A DNA stretch of 50,371 bases, filler included, from Streblomastix strix (Eukaryota): assembly GCA_008636045.1 (NCBI GenBank). It is 3 parts of 3 records of this genome, joined end to end, with 100 filler letters (N's around TTAATTAATTAA, not from the genome) between each part and the next. Parts side by side here need not be neighbours in the genome. Positions count along the whole stretch, not along the records: positions 16,842 to 33,579 come from SNRW01000773.1; positions 33,680 to 50,371 come from SNRW01000774.1; 1 more part is not named here. One strand, given 5' to 3'. Positions within the stretch are counted from its first letter, which is position 1. The number at the start of each line of letters is the position of its first letter. The notes below the pieces were generated by a model that ran no database searches, was not told the origin of the DNA, and saw only the letters and a list, made by a program, of their open reading frames with translations. Positions 28,603 to 45,889 of this stretch are shown piece after piece. Position numbers and translations under genes: made by a program.

Positions 28603-31600
28603 TCACTTCTTCTTCCCCTTTGAAGCAGAACTTGTCCCTCCCTTCTTTAAAGTATCACCAGATCCAGATGTTGTTACAGCTGTTCGGCTGGTCATACTTC
28701 CACTCTGATAACCGCTGGATGCTCCTTTCTTCAGAGATGCGTTGCTCAGTGCAAGACGTGGAGCTATTGCATCAAGTTTCTTGACGTTGAGCATGGTTAA
28801 TAATTCCTGCTGCTGCTGCTGCTAACTAGCTTTAGCATTTGAAGTATTTGTAGTACTGCCACTTTAAGTGCCTGAATGCGCAGGTCGACTTACGCTCTTC
28901 TAGTACTGCGATTTGGGCGTATTCGATCTTGAAGTTTGCCCTTGTTTCTGACTCCCTTATGAATTTAGTGTGTTTTAACCTGCATTTCCAGATCCAGTTT
29001 CCCCAGGCGTTCCAGTATGCTGAGTCTATTTTGCTGATTGTGTTGCTTATGGAGGTGATAGGAAAGCCTGTTTGAGTTGCAGTTGTGATGAGGATGATTA
29101 ATTTGGTGGTTGATAGCGTGTGTTTATTGGCGTTAGACCTTGATACAGGATATTGCTGGATCCTGAATTTTCTGGAGATTATAGTAAATATAATAGAAAT
29201 ATTTAAAAATATTTAGAAATTAAAAAATAATTGACATTGATAATAATGACATTTATAATAATGGAATATTATATCACAATGATAATAATGGAATATTATA
29301 TCTTATTATGATATACTGTATTAGCCTATATTTGATGTAGTTCCTGTTTAACGTGGAGATTATACTGGACCTCTGTCAGTTACCTTGAAATAAGTAGACA
29401 AATAGAAAAATAAATTTAATAAAATATAATAAATGTTACTAGATAATAAATTATTTGTATGATATAAACTAATTAATTCAATTTATCAATAACAATCAAA
29501 TACATCTACATTGCATACTGACATTCCACTACCTCCTTTTCCAGATAGATTGCTCAGGTTATTCAGTTTGAATTTAGGAGTTAAAGGTTTCATCTTGTTA
29601 GTCTAAGGAGAAAACATTTTGTTCTCTTTTCCTACTGCAGTTACATTCAAAATTTTAGTTGAAGATGAAGATGATGATGAAGATGATGATGAAGATTATT
29701 GTTATTATTATTGTTATTAGGGTTGTTTATTTGTATTTGTTTAGGATTAAGAAGTTTGCCCTACAACTCCTTATCCGAATAACACATTTCCTAATTTTTC
29801 ATTTTTTTCATTTTTTGCAGTTTCATCTTAAATTTTGATATTATCAATAATAATTTTATCTGAACTAGTAATACCGTGAAGTGTTGAAGGTCGTTGAGTT
29901 AAAGTTGCACTAGAACCAGCTTTAGCTTAATTTTACTGCAGAATAGCACGAAGATCATTCGAAGAAGAAGGTTATGCAGGAAACAGCGAATATTACTGCA
30001 TCTGCTGGTACTACGACTAAGGTTACTAGAATTATGCTTTCTACTTGTTAGCAGAAGATTGCTGCATATTAGGAACTGCAGATTTGGTTGATATTGTTGA
30101 CACAGTTGATGCATGTGAGAGCGTTGATGGCGATCTTTTGTGCATTTTGGGTTTTGATTGGGGTCTTTCATGCGCATCTTCTTGATACTGATCTTATGGA
30201 GAAGTTTAATTAGCTTAATTCTAGCTTTGAGACTGGTTGGGCGAATTTTGGAGTTAGTTTGTTGATTATGGAGATGAATTTATGCTGTTGATAGGAAGAT
30301 TTACAGTCAAATTGCTACTTTGAGGGTTAGGTTGTGTTATCTAGTTTGACATTTGACTTGGGTAATATAATAAAGACGATAATGATTATCTTGAAGACGG
30401 TCGAAACTCATTCGTTTTGCTTGCAGCTGGGTTACTTAGAAGTTGATATCGAGGTGCAGAAAAGTCGGATACCTGCTTAAATTTCTGCAATTACTATTAT
30501 TGCAATTTCTGCTACAATTATTATTACTGTTGCATCTATTGTTATTATTTAGATGGTTATGTGAACTAAGCGAGTGATAATGTTCTTCCGTGTATTTATG
30601 ACAATTAATTGGGATCTTTTGCATCTTTTTCATTAGCCTAATTCTGCTTATTCGAATCGGATGGAGTTCCAATTTGATCTTTTTGAGAAGTGTTGTCTTA
30701 GTTAGTTTTATTTGATTAATTTCCAGAAGAATTAGGTTCACTTGTGTTGATATTCCTGATAGCTTCTGAAGACGAACTTGGTTTAGTTTGTGAATTTGGA
30801 GATTATTGTAACCCTTAAGCAGAAGCAGATGATCTTTGTTTTTATGGAGTTGCATTTGCATCAGCATCAGAAGTTAGAGAAGACTTAGAAGTAGAAGATG
30901 TAATAGTGTTAGATAAATCTTTATCTTTTATATTGACTTATTGTTATTCATTATTCTTTTCAGTTTTATCTTTGTCTTTACTTTTATCTTTGCTTTTATC
31001 TTTTTCTTATTCTTTCTTCTTTTCTTTTTCTTTCTCTTTAATCCTTTCTCTCTCTTTTTCCAACTCTTTCAACCTTTCCTTTTCAATCTATCTTTCCTTC
31101 TCTAATTCTTTCTATTTCTATTTCAATTTCTCTTTATCAACCTCAATATACTCCTCTTCAGAAACATCCCATTTAGATTTCTCCACTTTCATCTTGGCCT
31201 TAATCCACTGCTATTTCTCCTTTTTAACTTCTTTAGGGTTTTCTTTCTCTTTTTCTCTCCAAATTTCCTTCAATTTCTGTTTCTCCAACAATCTGAGTCT
31301 TTCTCTTTCTTTTTCTCTTTCCTTTTCTCTCTCCAATTCTTTTATCTTCTCCAATTGTCTCTTCTTTTCTCTTTTTCTTTCCTTTTCCGCTTCTTTCTTC
31401 CTTTGTTTGGCCAAAAGTTGCTCATTCTTCTCTTTTTCTTTTTGAATCTCTTTCTGGAATTCCTTTTGTTGTTGTTTCTCGATTTATTTCTCATATTCTA
31501 TTTCCTACTCTATTAGTTATTGTTAGAGTTATATATCATCTATCTCTGAATCATTTTCTTCTTCTTCTTATTCTTTATCTGAATCATCTTATTATTCTTA

Positions 31601-33579
31601 TTCTTGATCATTTTCCTACTAATCTTCTTAAAAATCTTTTTTCTCCTCATCCTAATCTATTTCAGTATCTGGTATTCAATCATCAAATTTACTATCATCA
31701 AGTCCATCCTTCATTCCTTATCCCTACTACTGATTATTATATGATGAATATTATTATGATGAAGATTATATCTGTAATTATCCATTCAGATCAGTATTTA
31801 CTTATTATTGTGATTATTAGTACTATCCATATATAGATTTTTCATTCCCAGATCCAGATCCAGTCTAATTCTGATTTCCTACTCCACTTGTTCTATCTCT
31901 CGTCTCATATCTTCTACTTGGTTATTACTATTACTATTATTTGCTTTAATTAGATCTCAATTAATTCCCTTAATTCTAATTCAACCCATCATTCAAATCA
32001 TTTGTGCTTTAAGATAGAGCATATGGTGGTAGAGGTGGCAAAGATGTTGATGAATGATCAACACTTCCAGCACTTGCATATGATCCATGCCTTGATGATG
32101 ATTATGAATGTGGAGGTTATTATTATTATTGTTGTTATTACTATTATTAATGCGGAGATTGAAGTTGGCTCTGCTGCTAATACGAGTTTGAGCTGTTGTG
32201 CGTATATGGATGTGTTGAATCGTTTGATTGAGAGGATGATCGTGATGTTGATTGCTACTGTGTAATTAATTGCTGTGAAGAAGGTGATGCTTATTTATTG
32301 GTGGGTCCTTATGTTGAGTAAGGAGTATGTTAGTTTGTGGGTTTTTACTGTGATGATGAAGATGATTGATATTAATGGGAGCGCGGAGAATAGGATGATG
32401 ATGATGATGAAGATGAGTTTGACTATTGTTAAGATAGAATCTGCTATCCTAATGATTAGTTCTGTGGTATGCTCTATTGAGAGCCTCGTCTCTAATATGC
32501 ACTGGAAGGTGACTTAGATTCACCTTATTATCCAGATTAACGATTTGATTTGGGAGCTGATGATGGGTTTAAGTTACTGTTTAACCCTCTTACTTCCTTA
32601 TAAGCTCCTAATTGATCTTCATTCTAGCCTTTTGGAGTATGCGAATTTATATCATTGTTATATTAATTAGTATTAGTATTAGTATTTGCTTTATTAAATG
32701 AAGGAGAACGCTGTATTTATTATTATTGTTATTATGAATGCGAAGTAATCCTTTCTGTATATGAAGCTCTAGGTAGTGTATTAGTATTCCTCTACTATTA
32801 TTAACCCAAAGTCTGTCCACTACTAAAATTCAACTGCGGCATTTTCATACCAACATTTCTGCCTGATCCTTATCCAGAAGAAGGCGTTGATTACTGAGAT
32901 GAAATAGATTACGTGTCTTTAGATCCAGCAGATGCATTAGCTGACCCTCGACCACTGCCAACTGATAGATGCGCACTATCAGATTAGCGAATACCAATAC
33001 CACCTCCTGAACTGCCAATTCTGTGATGTTCTTTGTCTCTGTCTTTATCTCTTTCTATTCCATGGTCGTTGGAGATGTTTAGGTTCTGGTTGGAGCCGCT
33101 TATAGGAGTGGCATTTGTTTTGCTCTAATAAGAATGTGATCTTGGGGATTATTATTATTATTGTGAACTCATTCCTAATTATGTTGATTATTATACTGAA
33201 GCTGCAGCTGCAGCAGATGATGAAGATAAAGACAATGATTGTTTCTGCTATTAAGGTGAGAGTGTACTTGGAGATGATGATCCAACAGCAGTAATTGGAT
33301 ATATTTACTAAGAAGTAACTCTTTTTGATGATTAAGCTGGGTTAGAAGACCCAGGAGATGTGAAATTTGGGTTTTGTTGTCTTATATGCTGTGGTGAGAA
33401 AGAAGTATAATTTGATCCTGATCCAGATGTCTAACGAGCTGATGCTTGGCTCGTGTTTCTGGTAGTAACTGATCCAAGCTATCCTCCATGGACTGGTTGT
33501 ATTGATGATGAAGATGATTGATATTATGACTGGAATTAGTTAAAATGTGGAGACGATTGTTAATTCTGACTATTGGCTG
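28603..33579 (-). CDS. Large low-complexity Ser/Gln/Pro-rich protein with central E/K/R coiled coil (5'-partial), function unknown
   Basis: Code-6 frame from the contig edge (33577) agrees with ORF 31211-31414; two small introns near 29172-29316 and 29385-29503; ends SASKGKKK-TGA at 28605-28603. Confidence 0.8.
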
Positions 33580-33679
33580 NNNNNNNNNNNNNNNNNNNNN
33601 NNNNNNNNNNNNNNNNNNNNNNNTTAATTAATTAANNNNNNNNNNNNNNNNNNNNNNNNNNNNNNNNNNNNNNNNNNNN
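33580..33679. other. Artificial contig-join spacer
   Basis: N block with TTAATTAATTAA at 33624-33635. Confidence 0.95.
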
Positions 33680-36600
33680 GATAAATAAAAAAATAAAACT
33701 AATAAGAAAGAAAATTAGAAAGAGAAAGAATTAGATAATAAGAAGGAGAAGGAGAAAGATAGTTAGTAATAATTAGAAAATGAGAAATAATAAAATAATT
33801 AGAAATAGTAAGATAAACATTAAGAAAAGATGAAAGAATAAGAGAAAGAATAAGATAAACACAAGGAAAAAGAGAATGGACATGAGAAAGAATAAGAACT
33901 TGAATTGGAAAGATAAGAAAAGGAGAAAGAGAAATTAGAAAGATAGAAATATATGGAGAAATATGGGAAACCACAACATTTAAAAGCTGGTCTTTTATAC
34001 AAATAGAATTCAATAGTTAGAAAACAATAATAATTTTAAGGTTTTAAATCTTCAAACAGGGGAGAAAGTTAATTTGGAAGGAAATATTAATAACAATCAT
34101 TATCACAGAAATACAAATAATCAAAATCAAGTAAATAAAAATAAGGATTGGAGGATTATGAAGATGAAGATAAATAAGGAAGTTTCAAAGAGCAACCATT
34201 TGATATAGATCCAACAATACATTCTGAGTATCTGTAAGCAGATGTGAGGGAGGCAGTTGCTACTAAATTAACGCTATGTGTTGTGCTTCATACATTTGGA
34301 GATAGTTTGGAAGATTGGAAATGGGCAACACAAAGAGAATCAAATGAAAATAGAGACCATGATTTGGATTCATTATAAATATATGTTGATGAAGAATAAT
34401 AAAAAGAAGAATAAAAGAAGAATATGATGGATGAATAGATGAGTCAAATCTAAAAGTTGGAGGAAGAGAAAATAGATAAAGAAATTAAGATAGAGAAAGA
34501 AGAAGGTAAAATAATTTAAGCTTTAATGCGGACAAAGATGTCTCGTATATAAAGCGCTAAATCCTTAGGTCCTCCTGTTTCATCACATTTTAAATAGAAT
34601 AAACAAAGTTAGTTAGTAATTTAGCAACCAACAATTAAAACTTAATTATTAGAAACTGGAATTTTTGGAAATTCATCCCTATTATAAAAATCAACGGATG
34701 ATTTGGATTCATGGATTAACATGAGGAAAGAAAAGCTGAAAGAAAAAGAGTATGCATTATTATTACGACCATAGTCTGCAGATTGTGAGAAAGCAAAGTT
34801 GATGAGACACGCTGTATTTGAGAGGCCTATTGTTGATTAAAGGATGAAAATAGCAGAATATGTTGAAAATGAAGAAAGAGAACAATGGGAAGAAGTTATT
34901 ATAGAAGAAGAAGTAGGAGAATTGGAAGGGCATGAAAGTGAAGCTTGGGAAATAATGTCTGATGGGCAAAAAAAGAGGAAGACCAAATTAGTGAAGAAAA
35001 AGAAGAGGAAGATTAAAACAGAAGATACACTGAAGGAAAAGAAGAAGAAAGATGTTAATCTGAATGTACTTACAAGATAGTAAATAATATAAGCTATTAA
35101 ATAGAAATGGAAAGAAGAAGATGAAGAGAGAAAGATTGAAAGATAAAAAGAGAAAGAGATGATTTTGAATGAATTGAAGATGAGGGAGGATGAAAAGGAG
35201 AAAGAAAAAGATAGGAAGGATAAATTATATTCATATAGTACACTTCAACATTCAATTATTGAATAAAAACCAGTATAGAAGCAACAATAACAATAACAAT
35301 AACAATAACAACAACAGTAACAACAGTAACAAGATGGATCTAATACATTAGTAGATTAAGATGTAAAAGCTGAATAATAAAAATAATCTAATCTTACTGC
35401 TGATGATAAGTAAAAGCAAGAAGAAGAAAAATAAGGAATTTAAAAAGGTTAAAATGCTTAAAAAGGAAGATTATCAAAAATCGGAGATCTTGGAAGTGGG
35501 TTAAATGTAAAAGGAGAAGCTCTTATTAAAAATGAAAACAAGAATATAATAAATGCTCCATCATAAGTCATATAAAATCCAAAATCTGGTTAATATGGAA
35601 CATTAAGAAGAAGATAATCAGATTAAGAATTGAATGTAGCAGAATAAACTAATTCTGATTTAATTGACAATAAAATTAAATTTAAAGGGGATAAAACATT
35701 GAAATTGGATGAATAAAGAAAGAAAAGATGGGAAAGCTAATCAATGATTAATGAAGATGAAGATGAAGAAGAAGATGATGAAGATGATTATGGATTTAAA
35801 TAGGGAGATACAATTAAAGGAAAAAGAGATCCTCTTAAAACTGAGTATAAATTATCTCCTATGAATTTAAATGATGAAATTAATTTAATGAATACATAGT
35901 TAAGTCCAAATAAACAGCATACATAACAACAAAATTAATTATATAAAGGGATAATATCTAATAAATTGGGATTTACTATTGATAATGCATATACCAGAAT
36001 AGTTGATGTTATGGGAAAGAGGAAGAAGAAGAAGAAGAAAATGAAAAGAAGAAGAAGTGGAGGAGAATGGGAAGAGATTGTACAAGAAGAAGACAAACCA
36101 AAGGTTGTAACTAAAACAATATTATTTGGTACTGATGGATCAACTAAAGATTAAAGTAAGAATATATAGAGAAGGAAATCTTTGATATAAAGCAATAGTC
36201 CATAAGATATAAGTGAAGATGATGAATGGACAGAAGAATATGTTTGGTATTATGAAGGAGAAGAAGGAATTATTGGATAAGTAGGAAATGAATAAGGAAT
36301 TGAAAATGGGATGGTTATTGGGACTTCAGTTTAGGGAGTAGAAAAGAAATAACACAAATCAAACAAAGAAATAGTTACTGAAATTATTAAAGAATCAATT
36401 AGCATGTAAGATTAATGCATGCACTAATTATAGGACTATATTGAACTGTATAGAAAAGTTGCTGATAAAACACGAAAATTAAAGAAATTTACAAAAATGA
36501 AGTAAATTTCGAATGATTAACCTTATTAATAACTCCCAGATGATATTAAGAAAACTGTTGAAGAGAAAGATAAAGAAGAAATTGTTGAAAAGAAATCGAA

Positions 36601-39600
36601 AGCTGATTTACTTATGACTTAAATGCTATAAGAATATCCAGTTAAATGCCAACCAATTCTAAATACACTGGGAACACATATTGCCAATTCATTGAAGAAT
36701 GTTAAGATGCTTGGCCAACATTTGTAGAAAATTATCAACTTCTTATCTGAAGCAAGTAATAAAGTGATAATCAAAGCCAGAAAGAAAGGAGAATTAGAAA
36801 AGACCCAACATGAGAATGAATCCATTAAATAGTTTCTATAGAAAAGTGAAGAATAAGTTACAGAGATTACAACACAGTTAAAGCAAATTGATGATATAGC
36901 AATATCTGATTGGATCAGAGTACATCCAGGTGTACAATTAATGAATTAGTATGAGATTGGAGGTAGAGGACTAGATAGAAATTAAATACAGCAATATAAC
37001 CCAAGTTAAGCTTATTTTATTGATAAGAAGAAGAGAAGAAAAAGTGAAATCTCTGAATTGAAGAAAGAAAGTAGTAAAGGAGAAATATTTGATGATTCCA
37101 ATGAATTATTGCATAGTAAATCATCATCTGTTCGCGATAGTAATAACTCTGAAGAAACTTTTTTGGATCACTTGCATTTATAACTTCATAATCATTACAA
37201 TTAACAACAAGATTCACCACAAAATTCAATTTCTGGATAATCGTAATCTTCATCATCATTAATGCCTTCTTCTAAATTCGTATTTTTAGATGAAACAAAT
37301 GAAGATTAAATATTAATGCCTGCCATATCAGATCTTCCATTGCTTCCTGAATTGTCAGCACTCTCACAATTGACAAAAGGTGTTAAAGGTCAATCAGATG
37401 CAGGAATTCAAAACAATTAATCCAGAATTGAATAAATAAGAAAAAAAATGGCGTTTGAAAGAGCAGAATTAAAAAGAAGGAAGGAAATAGGTGAAGATTT
37501 TCATGTTATTAATTATGCAGATATATAAAAGTAGTTTATTGATAATGAAGGTAAAATATAGTTTGAAGGATCAACACAAGATTTTGAGAGTTAAGAAGAT
37601 AGCTAGAATCAAAACAAGGAAAGAGAGATTTTTCATTTCCCAAGAATGTCTGAATATCCAGATCAAACAATTCCAGAATTAAATAATGAAAATAACAAAA
37701 ATGATTTATCTAAATAACAAGATCAGTAATCATATTAATAATATTTTTTTAAAACACCAGATGATACTTTAGAATGGAGAAGAAAATAAAGTAGAAAATA
37801 AAAGAGAAAATTACTTACATAGAAATTATAAAGAACAGGAGTATAATAAGTGAATATGAATCTGACTCATGAAGATGAAGATGAAGAAGATGAAGATGAA
37901 GGAAGAGAAATGATTCCAACTTCAGAACTTGGACGTGGATTGGGACCAGCTCAATAAAGACTTCAAGCTCAATTATAGAGGCCATTCAATCAATCATATT
38001 ACTAGAATTATACTCCAATATCTTTAATTGATAGTGATGCAGAGTTTGATAACAATCCTCGTTCAGTAACTGCCAGTTATTCAGCTGCATATATATAAAC
38101 ACCTTATCTAAGAACATCTTCATCTTAATCTTCATCTTCATCTTAACCATAATCATCCACTTTTGTTACTTCTTTGGATTCTGTTTTCTAAATGCCTGTT
38201 GATACAAATAGTGCTATTAATGCTGTTTCATAAGCCATATCTTAATATTAAACAGCTTCAAATACCAATAATTTATTCAATAATATGCCAAATACTGCGG
38301 AATGGTGGTCATAAGATATTCTCAACACACTCAATTCCAGATATAGTATGTATTCGGATTTACAGGATCTTGGTAAAAGAAGAGAATAGAAAATAAAAGA
38401 TTTTGAGAAAGAATTAGAGAATACATAACATGCTCCTAATTCAGTTAGGCCAATGACATCTGATTAATTACTCATGCAATATTCTTGGGGAGGTGCTCCA
38501 GTTGGAATATCTGGAATTATCCCAGTTTCTACACATGTTCAGGTTTGTTTTATTATTATTAATACGATAATTATTTTTATTCAACTTAACTTATTCATAT
38601 ATTCATCTTTAGGGAGCTGTGAACTCCATCAAGAAAATTGCAGATGAGATGAAACGAACGAGAGAAGAGAAATCAGTAATGGAAGCAGAGTATAACAAAG
38701 CATCTCTAAGAAAGACTCGGATTGAACTTGCAATGATGGTGGCACAACAGATGAGTGCTCTTATGTCTAAGATGAAGAATATGCGTGAATAGAGAGAGTA
38801 TAATAATAATAATAATATAAATGATGAAGGAAAGACAAATGCAAAAGAAATAGTAGCTGTTGTCAGATAAGAGGAAGTAATGAAGCGTCTTTTGGCATAG
38901 ATGTTAGCAATGGTTCTAATTCTTGATCCTTCTCGTAAAAACCAATAATTCTTTGCATAACATAGATAGAAGATTATTAAAGATGATGAACCGTTTTATA
39001 TGCCAGGTATTATTCCAACTGATAATAATACAAATGAAACTTTAAATAAAGGTTAGAAACCAATAATTAGTTCAAGTTCTGAGAAGAAAAGTTTTACTAA
39101 TTCAAACATTCCAGTTCAAAATATTCAAACTAATACAACATCGAACTTATAAATATCTTAATCTCCTTCTAAATTTACAACTTCAACATTTATTCCTTAA
39201 GATACTTACAGCTCATTCGATTAGACTAATTTCACATCTAATATTAATACATAGTAATAATAAGATAATAACAACATAATCTTAATTAATAAAGATATTC
39301 GATAATCTGGAAGGAAAATATCCAAACATTTAAATGCAGCTCTTACTAAATTTGTTGAAGCTCGTGATAATGCAAAGAATTAAAGACATATAAGAAGTGC
39401 AGGAAGAATAAAATCTCGCACTGTTTCATCATCATTAGATTTTAACAATGAATAAATACAACAATAAAATAGAAATAGTCAATAATAAATATAGTTAGGA
39501 ATTAGAAATCGCCCATAATCTGCATTTGATAAATAAATTCCTTTCTTTAATGACGACTCAAAAGAATAAAATATTGATAAATTAAATCAAAGTATAAAAC

Positions 39601-40979
39601 CTAAACTTAATAATATAAATCAACAATTAACTGATTTTAGTACAGAAAAATAATAAATGCAATCTTAGAGTGATTTAAGAAATACTCAGATGAGATCAAA
39701 GAGTATAGACATTCAATTTAAGAGAGAATTTGATGGAGATCCCCTTGGCCTGAAGTTTATTCAGATGAGAGCATTGGCAAATTCAGGAGCATTTAAACGC
39801 ATTGAAAATTTAGTTAAGAGAGCAGAAAATAATGGAAATACAGAGATTAGCAAAAATGCTATAGTAAATCTGCCATACTTTAAAGACAAGGATAAATTCA
39901 TAGATTAAAACTCTGAAATAAATTCAACTATTTCTCTTTCACCAAAAATGATGTAATAAAAACAAAATGCTGGAAATACAATATCTTTTTTACCAAACAC
40001 AATAAATAAAGAAATAGAAAAAACTCAATTAAGATAGTCTAATCATTCAAAAGAATAAGAACTTTAAAAGAATAGAGCTACAATAGTATTTCCATTACAA
40101 TACAACGTAAAAGATAATTTTAATGATGAGTAGAAAGAGAATAAATAACATTAGAATGATCAGCAGTCAAAATGCTAATAAATATAGAGACTAGGTCCAT
40201 AATATAAACATGAGCACAACTGGATTATTCCTCAATAATAATCTATTGATGATTTAGAGAGATAATAAGACTCATGGAATGTGGGTAAATCAACTTATGG
40301 ATCAGGATTACCTCGTTCAGCCTCATCCCTCTTCCTTTATGCTCCTACATCCATATCGCCTCAAATTGTTGGTGTTATTCCTGTTATTGAACACGAATAG
40401 TCAATTAATCCTTATATTCATTATTCTTAGTAACAATCTAACTCCTAATAGCACAAATATACAAATCTTTCTTCTTCACTTCCTCATTCTGTATATTCAC
40501 TTGACCCTAAAAGAGCTCTTTATAGTGTGTAAGGCTCATTTGCTAATGCTTTGAATGAAAGTAATACAAATAAATAATATAATATAAGATCTCATTCTAC
40601 ATCACTTCTTAAAGCTCCTTCCCTTCAAACACATATCTAAGACAATATCAACAATTCACCTCTTCAAGACTCAGCTTTGATCAATTCTACCAAATAACAG
40701 CACATGCCAATGAATTAAAACAAGAAGCGTCTCTCCCTTTCTAAATTCATAGTCAAAGTATCTCATAGCTCCCCAGGCACTGTATCGCCCAAGACAGTAC
40801 ATCATGATATAACCCCAAAATAATAATCTAGTTTATAGTAAATTTAATTGCAAAGTTAATTATCAGAACATAATTCACTGAAATCATCATAAAGGAAATC
40901 AATTTCAAAAGAGTCCATAGATTCTCTCACTTCATTCTCAACTGCAAACTCATCAATGGCAAATGCAGACAGACAGTGA
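33680..40979 (+). CDS. Very large (>2400 aa, 5'-partial) charged coiled-coil/low-complexity protein, function unknown
   Basis: Exon 33680-38542 shares its frame with ORFs 34844 and 35966; intron 38543-38612; second exon shares its frame with ORF 39690; TGA 40977-40979. No in-frame TGA in the stretches checked. Confidence 0.85.
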
Positions 40980-41115
40980 AAATAAGATATTAATATTGTG
41001 AAATAATTTTTGTATTATATTTAATTGCAATAAAAATATTACAAAAATTGTGATTAAAAATTTATTTATTTTAGAAAATAAATGTAAATAAGCAATTTTA
41101 TAGTGTTTAAATATA

Positions 41116-41510
41116 TCATTTTTATTCTTGAGATTCTTATTCAGGTCTTTTCCTTTTCCGAGCAGAAGAAAAAGTGTTTTCTTCATTAGATTAAACCTGT
41201 GAATTATCTCCAGAATTCGATTATGTTGCTAATTGGGTCATTAACTCAGTAAGTTTGGTGTCTAGTTGTTTCTTCACTTCTTTTGTTTATTAAGCTGCTT
41301 ATAAGTAATCATCTCCCAAATCTATAAAGAAAAACATTTATAATTAAAATTTAAATATAAAATATACATCAAACTCAATCCAATTCTATAAATTTCATGC
41401 GATACATGAACATCTTTATCATTATTCTCAGAAAGATTTATGATTGCTGTGATTTAATATTCATTTGATATAACATCAACTTATTATGATTAAGAATTGA
41501 CTTTATTCAT
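41116..41510 (-). CDS. Small 113-aa protein, possibly GON7-like (KEOPS subunit)
   Basis: ATG 41510, phase-1 intron 41374-41322, TGA 41118-41116: MNKVNSQSQQVDVISNEYQITAIINLSENNDKDVHVSHEIYRIGLNLGDDYLQAAQQTKEVKKQLDTKLTELMTQLATQSNSGDNSQVQSNEENTFSSARKRKRPEQESQEQK. The gene is well supported; the identity is speculative. Confidence 0.6.
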
Positions 41511-41973
41511 TGTCTAATGAATAAAACTGAATGATAAAAATTATATTAAATAAAATAAGTATATAAAATTAATTTAAATAATTTGCGAAGCTTGCAATTC
41601 AGATATTTTCATTGTTTGTTTTATTTTCATCGTTATGAGCGTAATGAAAAGTAAAGTAAGGAGATTGAAATTGAGATATAGCTGAATATATCCCGTTTAA
41701 ATGAAAACATATATAATTCATTGAAATTAAAAAGGGAAAGAGAAGGATATTGATTTTTCAATAAAGTCAATATTCAGCAATCTGTGGTTAACTAATCATC
41801 AAATTATAGAATTAATGGGATGAATGTATGATTGTGTTTGCAATAACACATACAAGATCAATTTCAAAGTTATCGAGTTCGGAAAACAGGATGCATTTTT
41901 AGTTTATTACAAAGTGAAGTGAGTTCGGAATATGCCATTTTACTAATTTTCTTATCATTGCACTCAAATTCAT

Positions 41974-45371
<3,398 letters not shown>

Positions 45372-45889
45372 ATTATTTTCCTTTATGATATGTTACTATA
45401 CTTGAATCTCTAATAAAAAACTGAAATAAAGATTAAATAATAGATAAATATTAATTAAAAAATATAAAACAAATTATTAGTCTCTATATTTGCATTTTAT
45501 TAAAGGAAAAAATATTTTTATTTGTATTAATGTTTATGGAATTAAAAAAAGAATTTTTATAGGTGAAAGAGGTTAAACAAAAATGTTGTAGTAAAAAAAT
45601 ATTTATTAATAATAATTATATGTTCTTGTTAAGACACAAAAGCGAAACAAACTTCAAGCTACTAAAAGGGGGTAAAATCAAATAATTATAACATAAAGAT
45701 AACTCATATCAATTTAAGGAAAAATATGAAATGAATGTCGGTTAAAGGATGTACGGTTAGGCTCTAACCAAGTTTCCAATCTTTTTACTTATTTACAAAT
45801 TACTTATTATAATAAAATAAACTGAAATAATCAGAAGAATGGTTTATTTATACTGATGTGCCGAGTAAATAAATAAGTTTTGAAGGCCC

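Noticed and set aside
30906..31445. Hydrophobic F/S/L-rich ORFs in the supplied track (also 3169, 3768, 24416, 33699) as membrane proteins
   Set aside because: They are antisense shadows of E/K/R/Q-rich genes on the other strand.
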